Positions 18,486-29,200 of a stretch of 64,000 bases of DNA are shown here, piece by piece (the stretch's first letter is position 1; the number at the start of each line of letters is the position of its first letter). Source of the stretch: Longimicrobiales bacterium (lineage in GTDB: Bacteria > Gemmatimonadota > Gemmatimonadetes > Longimicrobiales > RSA9); contig DATHUY010000122.1 of assembly GCA_035461765.1 (NCBI GenBank), positions 1 to 64,000 of the forward strand, written 5' to 3'. Position numbers and translations under genes: made by a program. A model generated the notes under the pieces. That model was not told where the DNA came from and made no database searches. It saw nothing but the letters and a program-made list of their open reading frames with translations.

Positions 18486-19606
18486 GTAACCTCGTCACGC
18501 AGCCGCTGGCGCTCCAGCCAGCGCGCGATGTCGGCCTGTGAGATGATGCCCAGCAGCCGATCGTCAGCGGTCACGAGGACGCGCCCCGCCGGCGATTCGG
18601 TCAACTTCTGCATGGCGTCCGCAATGCTGTCGTCGGGACCGACGGCGACATCCGTGATGGGGATCATCGCGTCACGAATGGTGCGGGCCGGCCGCTCCTG
18701 CTTCGGCACGCCTCGCACACGGTCGAGCGTGATGAGTCCGAGCGCGCGGCCGTTCTCGGCGACCGGGTAGCTGTGGTGGCGACCCTCCAGCACATACTCC
18801 TCGAGGAAATGCTGCAGCGTGTCGTCGGGCGCGACCGTGAGCGGGTCAGGTGACATCACATCACGCACGCGGACGCCCTCCAGCGAGCGGCGCAGCACAT
18901 GCTGGACGTAGCTGGATTCAGCGGCCATGCGGATGAACCACCCGATGAACACCAGCCATATGCCGCCTATGCTGTTGCCGCTGAACATGTTCAGGAAGCC
19001 GAGCACCATCAGCCCGTAGCCGAAGACCTTGCCGCCGTTGGTGGCGATGCGCGTCGCGCGCTGCACGTCGCCCGTACGGTGCCACACAATGGCGCGGAAC
19101 AGCCGACCGCCATCGAGCGGGAAGCCGGGGAACAGGTTGAAGACCGCCAGCACGAAGTTGATGAGAGCGAGGTACGAGGCGACGCCGATCACGGCAACCG
19201 GAAGCCTGATGGCCTCACCGGCCCACGCTATCACCCAGAACAGGCCGGCGATCGCCAGGCTCGATACCGGGCCTGCGGCCGCGATGCGGAACTCGTCACC
19301 GGGCGACTCGAACTCCGAAGTGGTCCGGGCGACGCCGCCGAAGATGAAGAGTGTGATGCTGTGGACCGGAATGCCGCGTGAGCGCGCAACCAGCGAGTGG
19401 GACAGCTCATGCGCCAGCAGGGACACAAAGAACAGCAGCGTCCCTGCCATGCCCATGAGAATATACGTCGCCGAGGTCTCACCCGGGTGAGCCGAAGGGA
19501 ATACGTTGCGCGTCAGCGTCCACAGGATGAGGACGAATATGACGAACCAGGAGTAGTCGATCCGTATTTCGATGCCGGTTACGGACCCGATCCTGAAGCC
19601 GCGCAA
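18482..19606 (-). CDS. site-2 protease family zinc metalloprotease with a C-terminal CBS pair
   Basis: HELSHSL (HExxH) within TM helices. C-terminal CBS domains (..RVRDVMSPDPLTVAPDD.., ..ITLDRVRGV..). Confidence 0.85.
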   Translation of the reverse strand: MRGFRIGSVTGIEIRIDYSWFVIFVLILWTLTRNVFPSAHPGETSATYILMGMAGTLLFFVSLLAHELSHSLVARSRGIPVHSITLFIFGGVARTTSEFESPGDEFRIAAAGPVSSLAIAGLFWVIAWAGEAIRLPVAVIGVASYLALINFVLAVFNLFPGFPLDGGRLFRAIVWHRTGDVQRATRIATNGGKVFGYGLMVLGFLNMFSGNSIGGIWLVFIGWFIRMAAESSYVQHVLRRSLEGVRVRDVMSPDPLTVAPDDTLQHFLEEYVLEGRHHSYPVAENGRALGLITLDRVRGVPKQERPARTIRDAMIPITDVAVGPDDSIADAMQKLTESPAGRVLVTADDRLLGIISQADIARWLERQRLRDEVT

Positions 19607-19634
19607 GGTACCTCCAGCGCTCTAGTGGACAGGC

Positions 19635-20081
19635 TCAGCACTCCACGTCGATCTCGTGCTGTTGTCGTGCCTCGTCGACCACAGTGGACAGGACGCGCTG
19701 CAAACGCTCCCGTACCTCTGCGGCGAGCGGTGCAATGTCGCGGTTACGGGCAAGCGAGAGCGCGGCCTCCGGATCCATGACCGTGACCACACTGTGCGCA
19801 GGATCATCCGCGGCCCGCACCACCACGTTGCACGGCAGCAGCAGACCGATCTCGAGCTCTGCGCTCAGCGCCTTGTGGGCCAGCGGCGGATTGCACGCCC
19901 CCAGAATCACATACGGCCTGAAGTCGACATCCAGCTTGTTCCTGAGTGTGGCACGAACATCGATCTCGGTGAGCACCCCGAATCCTTCCCCGGCGAGGGC
20001 CGCGCGGGTAAGCAGAACCGCCTGATCATACGGCGCCTGCACGGTCGCCCCGAATCCGTATGGCACGGTGACTTCACTCAT
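19635..20081 (-). CDS. DUF302 domain protein
   Basis: Internal ATG 20081 gives a 148-aa protein, MSEVTVPYGFGATV...GVLTEIDV..., typical of DUF302. The longer upstream ORF extension is Arg/Pro-rich and not protein-like. Overlaps the GGDEF gene by 8 nt. Confidence 0.7.
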   Translation of the reverse strand: MSEVTVPYGFGATVQAPYDQAVLLTRAALAGEGFGVLTEIDVRATLRNKLDVDFRPYVILGACNPPLAHKALSAELEIGLLLPCNVVVRAADDPAHSVVTVMDPEAALSLARNRDIAPLAAEVRERLQRVLSTVVDEARQQHEIDVEC

Positions 20082-20871
20082 GGTCTGCCTCTCTGGTTCC
20101 CGTAAGGACATCCTGCTGATATTCCATGGAGTCGTGTGCTCCTGCCACGACCGTGCGGTTACGGCCGGCCGCCTTGGCGGCGTAGAGTGCGCGGTCTGCT
20201 GCGCGGTAAAGCTCGGTCGACGTGGCATCGGGCATGTCCGCCGTGCTCGCGACGCCGGCGGACGCCGTGATGCGGATGGCGGGACCACCACGCAGCCGCG
20301 TTTCCGCGGCGGCGATAGCGCTCCGGACGCGCTCTGCCGCGTCACGTCCTGCTGCCGCGTCGCTTCCGGGCAGCAGGAGGGCAAACTCCTCACCACCGAC
20401 GCGCGCATCCGTTTCACCCTGTCGCGTCACAGAGCCGATGGCGCGGGCGACGGTGATCAGCACAGTATCACCGGCGACATGGCCGTGTTGATCGTTCACA
20501 CGCTTGAAGTAGTCCAGGTCGATGATGGCGAGCGCCAGCGGCGCACCGGTGCGATGACGCTCCGCCTGCTCTTCGTCGAGACGCGCGTGGAAGTATCGTC
20601 TGTTGCGCAGCCCTGTGAGCGCGTCCGTGATCGCGAGATCCTCCAGTGCGCGGTTGCTCCCCTCGAGCCGGTCCTCCTTCTCACCGAGAAGAAACCCGAA
20701 CAGAGCGAAGATCACGAGTGTGCCGAACGCCATGTATATGTATAGCCCGGGCTCCGCTGCCAGTTCCGCCGCGGGTGCGGCTCCGTTCATGGACCGGATC
20801 AGCAGCCAGCCGAGCGGTGCGCCCGGCGCCATCGCCATACCCTGCAGCGCACGCACTCCCGCCCGTTTCAT
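20074..20871 (-). CDS. diguanylate cyclase (GGDEF domain, GGEEF active site, one N-terminal TM)
   Basis: RYFHARLDEE..., GGEEF and RALYAAKAAGRNR motifs. Start overlaps the histidine kinase stop (ATGA). Confidence 0.85.
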   Translation of the reverse strand: MKRAGVRALQGMAMAPGAPLGWLLIRSMNGAAPAAELAAEPGLYIYMAFGTLVIFALFGFLLGEKEDRLEGSNRALEDLAITDALTGLRNRRYFHARLDEEQAERHRTGAPLALAIIDLDYFKRVNDQHGHVAGDTVLITVARAIGSVTRQGETDARVGGEEFALLLPGSDAAAGRDAAERVRSAIAAAETRLRGGPAIRITASAGVASTADMPDATSTELYRAADRALYAAKAAGRNRTVVAGAHDSMEYQQDVLTGTREADHE

Positions 20872-22124
20872 GGAGGCGGCTCACTAGTGCCGGAAGCCGG
20901 CGGCACGGTGAAGCAGAACGTAGCACCGCGGCCGGGTGTACTGTCGATTGAGATCTCACCGCCGTGAGCCTCGACGATGCCTCGTGCGATCGTCAGACCG
21001 AGGCCAGCGCCCTCGCTGCTGCCGTGGAGCTGCCAGAACGGTTCGAACAGCTGAAGGGCGTCTTCCGGGGCAATGCCCGGCCCCGTATCCGCGACACTGA
21101 AGCACACGTCATCACCGCGCATCGCAACGCCGATGTCGATTCTGCCGCCCTCGGGAGTGAAGCGGATGGCATTGTCGATGATGTTCGTGAAGACCCTCAG
21201 GATACGGTCACGGTCGACCGATATGACCGGCAGGTCGGGGGACGACTCCACTCTCAAACGCAGCGACTTCGCAGCGGCTCGTGCTGCGCTGAGCTCCACT
21301 GCCTCGTTCGCAATCGACACTGCGTCATCGGCCATTCGCTGGAGCAGGAGGCGCCCCGCCTCGAGCCTCGCGACATCGAGCAGATCCTGGATCAGCCGGT
21401 TCATGCGCTGGGCGGCGGACAGGATCATCTGGACCCGGGACGCGAGCTGCTCCGGGGACAGCGGGAGGTCACGAATGAGGCCGGCGGCCATGATGATCGT
21501 GTTGAGCGGATTCCGCAGATCGTGAGCAACGACGCCGAGCACGCGGTCGCGCGCCTCCAGAGCCTGCTGCGCGGCACGGTAATGGCGCGCGTTATCGACC
21601 TCGAGCCCGGCCAGGAGCGCGAGCTTCTCCGCGACGACCACGTCATCCGCATCGTAGATGCTGGTGGCTGAGCCGAGGAGCATCACGCCGACGATCTGCG
21701 TGTGTGCGAGCAGGGGTACGGCCAGCAGGGAGCGCGGCTCGAGGGCTTCCATGATGGCGCGATGCTCACGGTCCTGGGCGATCGCATCGATGAGGGGGGC
21801 CGTAACGTTGCGCACCAGGACTGGCTGTCCTGTGCGAAGCACCTGCAGTGAGGGATGCGGGAAGCGCGCGTCGATCGGAAAGCGAAGCAGTTCCGCGGTA
21901 AGCGCTGCCCGATCGGGATCCGCATGCGCTACCTGGAGCCTGCGGGTGGCGCCATCATGGTCGACGACATCGATGATGCAGAAGTCGCCGAGTGCGCGAA
22001 CGGCGAGCTGCGCGAGTGCGGCCAGCGTATGGTCGAACTCCAGGGACGAAGCGAGAATCGCCGCCGACTCGATGAGGAAACTGTCCGGATGCTCACGCGT
22101 CACGTGATCCATGGTTCCGTTCAT
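20868..22124 (-). CDS. GAF-domain sensor histidine kinase
   Basis: GAF domain N-terminal, HisKA H-box VAHDLRNPLN, and an HATPase_c with DTGPGI and GLGL motifs. Start chosen at MNGTMDHV (ATG 22124), which overlaps the pgsA stop. The alternative is ATG 22112. Confidence 0.85.
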   Translation of the reverse strand: MNGTMDHVTREHPDSFLIESAAILASSLEFDHTLAALAQLAVRALGDFCIIDVVDHDGATRRLQVAHADPDRAALTAELLRFPIDARFPHPSLQVLRTGQPVLVRNVTAPLIDAIAQDREHRAIMEALEPRSLLAVPLLAHTQIVGVMLLGSATSIYDADDVVVAEKLALLAGLEVDNARHYRAAQQALEARDRVLGVVAHDLRNPLNTIIMAAGLIRDLPLSPEQLASRVQMILSAAQRMNRLIQDLLDVARLEAGRLLLQRMADDAVSIANEAVELSAARAAAKSLRLRVESSPDLPVISVDRDRILRVFTNIIDNAIRFTPEGGRIDIGVAMRGDDVCFSVADTGPGIAPEDALQLFEPFWQLHGSSEGAGLGLTIARGIVEAHGGEISIDSTPGRGATFCFTVPPASGTSEPPP

Positions 22125-22678
22125 GCCGGACCTCCGTTTCGCGGTTGCCACGCATCTGCCGGCAGCGACGCTGAGTAATCCCTCAGTGCATAGAGCCCGG
22201 CCACGCCGACTACGGGCGCGAGCCACTGGCCGGTAGCCGGCCACAGGAGCAGCACGCCGATAGCCAGGAACTGCAGCCAGGTGACGACCTTGCCGGCACG
22301 TCGGGCCGGCATGCGAACGCGCCTGCCACGCATGGCGAGCAGTCCTGCGCCGAGTGCGACGCCGATGTCACGGGTGAGCAGCACCGGCAGCGTCCAGAGT
22401 GGCAGCGCGCCTTCGACACCGAGCGTGACGAGCACAACCAGCATGAACGCCTTGTCCGCCACCGGGTCGAGCACTTCACCCGCGGCCGTGACCTGGCCGG
22501 TGCCCCGGGCGAGCCGACCGTCGATCCAGTCGCTCACGGCCGCAACGGCCACCACGGCAACGCGCAGCGTCTCGCCTGCCGCCGGGAACAGCGCGGCGAG
22601 CGGAAAGCGCGCGGCACTGATCGCATTCGGCAGATTGACGCTGCCCTGGAGCCCCTGCGGTCGACTCGCTGTACCCAT
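22121..22678 (-). CDS. pgsA: CDP-alcohol phosphatidyltransferase (PgsA-like CDP-diacylglycerol--glycerol-3-phosphate 3-phosphatidyltransferase)
   Basis: CDP-OH_P_transf motif DWIDGRLARGTGQVTAAGEVLDPVADK. ~185 aa with TM helices. Start ATG 22678. Confidence 0.75.
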   Translation of the reverse strand: MGTASRPQGLQGSVNLPNAISAARFPLAALFPAAGETLRVAVVAVAAVSDWIDGRLARGTGQVTAAGEVLDPVADKAFMLVVLVTLGVEGALPLWTLPVLLTRDIGVALGAGLLAMRGRRVRMPARRAGKVVTWLQFLAIGVLLLWPATGQWLAPVVGVAGLYALRDYSASLPADAWQPRNGGPA

Positions 22679-22895
22679 GTCGCCTGCGTGCTCCTCTCTC
22701 CTGCAACGTACGGCGCGGCGCGCGGCACCGCTGTCGGGAGAACCACCGTGAACGGCCGGGAACTCCCTACCGCGTTGCAGGGCATTCCCTCCAGATCCGG
22801 GTGGCTTCCATACCACCTTATGATGCAGCACATTCCCGGCCGGGACGTGCGGGCTCATTATTCTGCGTGATCAACAGCGCAGGAACGGAGGCGGG

Positions 22896-23843
22896 ATGTC
22901 GAACGAGGCAGCCGGCGCGGACACGCGGCAGAACGGGGCGCTGCAGCTGGACCGGCTGGTGGTCGGGGTGGACTTCAGTCCGCCCTCCATTGCGGCGGCC
23001 GGGTGGGTACGCGAGCATTTCGCGCCTGGCGCAGCCTGCGTCATCGTGCACGCGCTCGACGTACCGCGGATGCCGTCGTTTCTGAGCGGCGCGTTTCCGT
23101 CACGCGACGAGGTGCTCACCAGCGCGCGCGCGGGCGCGGCCGCGCGACTGGAACAGCTGCGGAACGCGCACGGCTGGGGTGCCGTCCGGCTGGACGTGCG
23201 CGAAGGCCGGGCAGAGGATGTGCTGACCGCCGCCGCAGAGGAGACCGCCGCCGACATGGTGATCGTTGGCGAGCACGCGCATCCGCGCGGCATCTGGAGC
23301 ACACTGGGCAGTACTGCCGAAGCTCTGGTGCGCAGCGCTCGCGTTCCCATACTCCTCGCGCGCAGCATTCCGGATGGCGCGCCACGCCGTATCCTCGCGG
23401 CGGTCGATGAATCGCCGCACGCGCGAGCCGCGCTCGCCTGGACGCGCCTGCTCGCGCAGCGCTTCGGCGCTTCCGTGACCGCGTGTCACGTATTTCAACC
23501 CGTATTCCTGGGCGCCGCCCGAGCCGTGTCAGGCATGGAGGCATCGGCCGAGCTGGAGACGGAGCAGCGCCGGCAGACGCGCGAGTGGCTGGAAGGCGTC
23601 CTGCGTCATTGCGGCCTCCGGAACGGCGACGCCACGGTGCGCATCGAGGCCGGTGACCCGGCATCCGCGCTGGTTGCCGCGCAGCGCGGCGGCGGCTTCG
23701 ACCTCGTTGTCATTGGCAGTCGCGGCGCGGGCGGTGCAGCGCGGCTGCTGCTCGGCAGCGTTGCGAACGGTGTGCTGCGCGGCGCATCCTGCCCCGTGCT
23801 CGTCGTATCGGACCGGGAGTCCGCGGGCGCGCCTCCGTCTTGA
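22896..23843 (+). CDS. tandem universal stress protein (two UspA domains)
   Basis: Two UspA-like halves, each ending in a G..GS.A..L motif (VIVGEHAH...GSTAEALVRSARVPILLAR and VVIGSRG..LLLGSVANGVLRGASCPVLVV). Confidence 0.85.
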   Translation: MSNEAAGADTRQNGALQLDRLVVGVDFSPPSIAAAGWVREHFAPGAACVIVHALDVPRMPSFLSGAFPSRDEVLTSARAGAAARLEQLRNAHGWGAVRLDVREGRAEDVLTAAAEETAADMVIVGEHAHPRGIWSTLGSTAEALVRSARVPILLARSIPDGAPRRILAAVDESPHARAALAWTRLLAQRFGASVTACHVFQPVFLGAARAVSGMEASAELETEQRRQTREWLEGVLRHCGLRNGDATVRIEAGDPASALVAAQRGGGFDLVVIGSRGAGGAARLLLGSVANGVLRGASCPVLVVSDRESAGAPPS

Positions 23844-24052
23844 CTTGTGCCGTGGCCGTGCACCACTTTAGCGCACACTGATCGATGGATGTGCAGACAC
23901 GCGCCCGTTTCATCCCACCTTTCCCCCTCCGGATGAGCGAATGCGCGCACCGATGGAGGCTCTGATGACAGAGCGTTCGGACGGCCCTGCGGCCGCGCGA
24001 TCTGGGCGCGCACGTTATACAGCTTCCGACCGCCCTGCCCTCCACGGCGGAG

Positions 24053-24265
24053 ATGCCTGACGTGATCGTCACCGTCGTGCTGCGTGACGGTGTCATACCG
24101 CCCGCGGATGCGCCGTGGCTCTCGCCCGGCGAGCTCTATACTGCGGTAGTGATCCTCGTCGATGACAGAGAGGCGTTCGTCCGTATCATCGGCCCGGCGG
24201 GAGCGCGGTGTCTGATGAGCACACGTGACGTCCGGCGCATTGCCGATGACTGGCCGGAGCACTGA
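24053..24265 (+). CDS. small hypothetical protein (70 aa)
   Basis: Protein-like composition between two usp genes. The competing antisense ORF is Arg/Pro-rich. No recognisable domain. Confidence 0.3.
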   Translation: MPDVIVTVVLRDGVIPPADAPWLSPGELYTAVVILVDDREAFVRIIGPAGARCLMSTRDVRRIADDWPEH

Positions 24266-24400
24266 ACCGGACCGCTAACGATGCGTCATGCCGCCCGCGC
24301 TTCTGCCGACAGCGCCACACACCCATCACCGCATCCGGACCGGTGCTCATGACGCGCTTCTTGCAGCGGATGGGAACGACCATCCATCCCGAGGAGTGAC

Positions 24401-25252
24401 ATGCGTCCGCTGACCATAGAGAGGGTCCTGGTTGCCACGGACCTTTCCGACGATGACATACCGGCCCTGCGAACGGCCATGGAGCTGTCGCGGCTCGCGG
24501 GCTCCGACCTGCACGTCGTGCACGCGAGTCAGAACGGCGATACCTCGCTCGAGCAGAAACTGGACGATCAGCTGCGCAGCGCGGATCCGGACTCTTCGAT
24601 CCTGCCAGGCGCGACGATCCGCAGCGGCAGTCCGGACCGGGTCATCGTCGATGTCGCGGCAATGATCGATGCGGATGTGGTCATCCTCGGACCCCATCGC
24701 CCCGGCCGGACTCATTCTCCCGGCACCACGGCCTATCGTGTGGCCGCAGAGGCCGAGCGGCCCTGTCTCGTGCTGCCGAAAGCACTCCGATTGCCGCTGG
24801 GCAGGATCATGGTGCCAGTTGATGCATCGGGAGCCGCGCGGGGCGCCCTCGCGGTGGGAATGACATGGGCGTCTGCCCTGCGCAGGCGAGTCGCGCCGGA
24901 TGCGGCGGATGCCACCGGCATCACCGTCCTGCACGTGCAGACACACGCGGCCGGTGACACACCGGTGAGCACGGCCGACCTGCTGAACGACGCGCTCGAG
25001 GCCGCAGGCGAGCGGGTCACGGCTGCGTCCGGCGTCAGGGTCGAGTGTCTGACTTTGAAGGCAGCGGAAGCAGCGGACGCGATTCTCGGACGCGCCACTG
25101 CGGACGACGTCGATCTGATCGTGCTCGGCACCCGCGCACAGCACAGCACGGCAGGCGAGCTCGGGAGCGTATCAGCCGCGGTTATCGAGAGGACCGAATG
25201 CCCTATCCTGCTGGTGCCGCCGCGGATCTGGCGGCACGAGCAGGATTCATGA
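24401..25252 (+). CDS. tandem universal stress protein (two UspA domains)
   Basis: Paralogous to 22896-23843 (..DVVILGPHRPGRTHSPGTTAYRVAAEAERPCLVLP.. and ..DLIVLGTRAQHSTAGELGSVSAAVIERTECPILLVP..). Confidence 0.85.
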   Translation: MRPLTIERVLVATDLSDDDIPALRTAMELSRLAGSDLHVVHASQNGDTSLEQKLDDQLRSADPDSSILPGATIRSGSPDRVIVDVAAMIDADVVILGPHRPGRTHSPGTTAYRVAAEAERPCLVLPKALRLPLGRIMVPVDASGAARGALAVGMTWASALRRRVAPDAADATGITVLHVQTHAAGDTPVSTADLLNDALEAAGERVTAASGVRVECLTLKAAEAADAILGRATADDVDLIVLGTRAQHSTAGELGSVSAAVIERTECPILLVPPRIWRHEQDS

Positions 25253-25573
25253 GAACAGCTCGCGGTCGGCATCGAGCTGCTGCTCGAGCCGGCCGCACAT
25301 CACATCGCACAGATAAATGACGGACTGATCTGCCAGCCGATACAGCACGTACAGTCCTTCCTTGCGTCGGTCCACGAAGCCGAGCCCGTGCAGCATCTGC
25401 AGGTGCCTGGACGTGTTGGCCTGGCTCAGTCCCGTGTCGCGCATCAGATCGGACACGGTCTTTTCCCCGGCCCGCAGGGCCTGGAGGATGCGCAGGCGAG
25501 CCGGCTCGCCGAGTGCCTTGAAGCGCGCAGCGACCAGCTCGACCAGTTCCGGACTCATCTCTGCATCCGCCAT
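25247..25573 (-). CDS. ArsR/SmtB family metalloregulatory transcriptional repressor
   Basis: 108 aa. wHTH ..LAEPARLRILQALRAGEKTVSDLMRDTGLSQANTSRHLQMLHGLGFV.. Start ATG 25573. Confidence 0.85.
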   Translation of the reverse strand: MADAEMSPELVELVAARFKALGEPARLRILQALRAGEKTVSDLMRDTGLSQANTSRHLQMLHGLGFVDRRKEGLYVLYRLADQSVIYLCDVMCGRLEQQLDADRELFS

Positions 25574-25650
25574 CGATTCCCGCGGCGTGGGTGAACGCAA
25601 GCTCCGACTGACCGCCACAAACATAATCACTGCACCCGCTTCTGCACGCC

Positions 25651-25899
25651 TCAGGCCGCCCTGTCACGTGGTGCGCCGGCGGAATGCTTCAGCGGAGCGG
25701 CTGCCGGCCGGCAGCCGGCCAGCCCGAGCCGGCCGAGGATACGCTCGAGCGGGCAGAAGCTCGTGAAGCTGGACTGCAGGAGGTTCAGCCCCACGAACGC
25801 CACGAACAGCAGCCACGCGGGATGCACCCACCAGCTCAGCGCCGCAGCAATCAGGATGAACGTACCGGCGAAACGGCGAATGATCCGATCGTCACACAT
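25651..25899 (-). CDS. DUF2892 (YgaP-like) small inner-membrane protein
   Basis: 82 aa, two TM helices, conserved FCPLERILG motif. It sits immediately upstream of arsR, the usual DUF2892/ArsR arrangement. Confidence 0.7.
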   Translation of the reverse strand: MCDDRIIRRFAGTFILIAAALSWWVHPAWLLFVAFVGLNLLQSSFTSFCPLERILGRLGLAGCRPAAAPLKHSAGAPRDRAA

Positions 25900-25911
25900 A
25901 TTTTGGACTCC

Positions 25912-26229
25912 TCAGAAGAATGTTTCTGTGGGCAGCACCGCAACGTGCAGACGCTCCCCCTCGGCGAGCCTCTCGGTCTCGGCGCGCAACGCCTCGGTGA
26001 GCTCCGGTACGCGCTCGCCGGCGACAATTGTGAAGTACACGTCCGCACCGCCCGGCCACGCGCGCGTACCTTCGCGCTTGCCGGTCTCGCCTGCGCCATG
26101 TGCCGGCGTCAGCCGCGTATAGCCGCGCACCTGGTGCGCCTCGAGCAGGTCAGGCACCAGCCGCGACGTGGATCCGCTGTATATGATCAGCAGCAGCTTC
26201 ATCGGTCGTCTCCTCGAACGTGTTCTCAC
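25912..26229 (-). CDS. P-II-like small protein (DUF3240-like) associated with heavy-metal RND pumps
   Basis: 105 aa starting MKLLLIIYSG, which is ferredoxin-like/P-II-like. It lies directly downstream of the czcA-like gene. Its start would overlap the pump's 3' end by 80 nt. Confidence 0.5.
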   Translation of the reverse strand: MRTRSRRRPMKLLLIIYSGSTSRLVPDLLEAHQVRGYTRLTPAHGAGETGKREGTRAWPGGADVYFTIVAGERVPELTEALRAETERLAEGERLHVAVLPTETFF

Positions 26230-29200
26230 GGCGCGCGAGCTCCCAGTAGAGGAGCGGCACGACGATCATGGTGAGCAGCGTCGCGACCACGGCGCCGCTG
26301 ATGAGTGCGACGGCCAGACCCTGGAAGATCGGGTCGAGCACCATCACCAGCCCACCGACCACGACAGCCGCGGCCGTCAGCGCGATGGGACGGAACCGCA
26401 CGGCGCCCGCTTCGATCACGGCATCACGCAGGGAGCGGCCGCGGTCCTGCGCCAGCTGGATGAAGTCGACGAGCAGGATGGAGTTGCGCACGATGATGCC
26501 CGCGAGCGCGATCATGCCGATCATCGAAGTGGCGGTGAAGAACGCACCACTGAGCGCGTGACCCGGCAGTATCCCGATCAGGGTGAGCGGGATCGGCGCC
26601 ATGATGACGAGCGGTACCTTGAACGACTGGAACCAGCCGACGACGAGTGCATAGATCAGCAGCAGGACACCGGCAAACGCCAGCCCGAGATCGCGGAACA
26701 CCTCGATCGTGACCTGCCACTCGCCGTCCCACTTCATGGCGAGCTCATCGAGCTCCTCCGGCTGCACGGCGTTGTAGCGGGCGATCTCCGCACCGTTCAC
26801 CCGGATGTCGTCCAGCTTGCGGTTCATCTCCAGGATCGCGTAAACGGGGGACTCGATGGTCCCGGCCACATCGCCTGTCACGTAGATGACGGGCCGCAGA
26901 TTCTTGCGCATCCGGCTGCTCTCGCGCACGCCTTCCTGCACCGTCACGAAGCGACCCAGCGGCTGCGGGCCCATGGCCGTGGCGACAGGAAGCGCCAGCA
27001 GCGCGTCGATTGAGGAGCGGCTCTCCAGGGGCAGCCGAGGCACGATCGCCGTGCCCTCACGCGCATCCGCAGATGGCGCAATCCCGGCACTGCTGCCCGA
27101 GAGGGCGAGGTAGAGCGTCTCGGTGATCTGTCGCACGCTCGCGCCCGCGCGCGCCGCGACGGTACGGTCGACCGCGAACTTGCGCGTCTGCTGCGGCGAC
27201 TCGATCGTCCAGTCGATGTCGACCACGCCGGGCGTCTCCTCGAATACCTCCATCACCTGTTCCGCCGCGGCCACGCGCGTCGCATCATCGCCCGCGTACA
27301 CTTCCGCGACGAGGGTGGACAGCACGGGCGGACCGGGCGGGATCTCGGCGATTTTGACACGAGCGCCGTAGCGCGCCGCGATCTCCTCGACACCGGGCCG
27401 GACGTCGACGGCAATCGCGTGGCTCTGCCGGTCGCGATGGTGCTTCTCAACGAGATTGACCTGCACGTCCGCGACGTTCGCACCACGCCGCATGAAATAG
27501 TGACGCACCAGGCCGTTGAAGTTGAACGGCGCGGCCACGCCCGAGTACACCTGCGTGTTCTCCACTTCCGGCACGCCGTGGAGATAGGCCGCAATGTCCT
27601 GCGCCGCTGCCTGCGTCGTCTCGAGCGTGGTGCCCTCCGGCAGGTCCAGGATCACCTGGAACTCACTCTTGTTGTCGAACGGCAGCATCTTCACCTGCAC
27701 CCACTTGATCCCGAGCAGGCCGACCGACATGACGAGCAGCGCGGCGACACCGCCATAGAAGAACCGGCGCCTCCGGCCGTTGTCCATCAGAGATGCCATG
27801 AGCCTGCCGTAGAAGCGGCCGAAGCGCGTATCCTCCTCCGGCTCCACGGCGGCGTGCGTGACTTCCTTTCCGGCAGCGGCGGCTTCAGCGGCACGTGCGT
27901 CATGCTGTTTCTGCACGTGGCCGCGCAGCAGCCGGAGCGCGAGATAGGGTGTCACGATGAACGCGACGGCCAGGGACGCGAGCATGGCGACCGAAGCGCC
28001 AACCGGGATCGGACGCATGTACGGCCCCATGAGACCGGACACGAACGCCATCGGCAGGATGGCGGCGATGACGGTGAACGTCGCGAGGATCGTCGGGTTG
28101 CCGACCTCCTCCACGCCTTCGACCGCGGCCACATCCGGAGAGCGGTCACCCATCTTCATGTGGCGGTAGATGTTCTCCACGACGACGATAGCGTCGTCCA
28201 CGAGAATCCCGATCGAGAAAATGAGCGCGAACAGCGTGATGCGGTTGAGCGTGTAGCCCATCGCGTAATAGACGAACAGCGTGAGACCGAGCGTGACGGG
28301 AACCGCGACCAGCACGACGAGGGCCTCGCGCCAGCCGAGGAACAGTCCGATAAGGAACGTGACGGACAGCGTCGCAATCGCGAGATGCAGGATCAGCTCA
28401 CCCGCCTTCTCCGCTGCCGTTGCGCCGTAATTGCGCGTGACTGTCACGCCGATGTCCGCGGGCACCAGCCGGTCGCGCGCCTGCTCCACGCGCTCGAGCA
28501 CCGCATCGGCCACCTTCGTGGCGTTGGCGCCGGGACGCTTGGACACGCTGATCGTCACGGCGCTCTGCGCCGCACCCTCGTGGCCGGTGTGCGTGACGTA
28601 GCTGTCGCGCTCGCCGTAGTCCGCCGTCACTCGTGCGACCTCGCGCACGTGGACCGGCGTCCCACTGCGGGCGCTGACCACCACACTGCCGACGTCGGAC
28701 GGTGTCGCGAGCGGTGCGCCTACGTCGATGCGCAGCACCTCGTCGCCGGTCGCCAGCTCACCAGCCTGCAGCCGCGCGTTCGCCGCCTGCAGCGACATCG
28801 CCACTTCACCCGGCGTGACGCCGTGCGCGGCCAGCCGCGCAGGATCCAGCTCGACGGAAATCTGACGGGCGCGTCCGCCGATCACCTCGGTCTGCGCGAC
28901 GTCGGGCAGCGTGCCGATCTCGTCCTGAAGCTGCGTCGCTATCGCGCGCAACTCATCGGAACCGTACTCGTCCGCGTGCAGGGTGAGCGTCAGGATGGGA
29001 ACATCATCGATGGAGTGCGGCTTCACCATCGGCGGCATGGCTCCAGCGGGTGCTTCATCCATCACGGAAGCGAGCTTCGCGTGCACCTTGGACACGCTCT
29101 CCTCCTGGTCCTCGCCCACCTTGAAGCGCACCGTCACCATCGCATAGCCCTCGCCGGCCATGCCATAGACGTAATCGACACCGCCGATCTCCCACATGCG

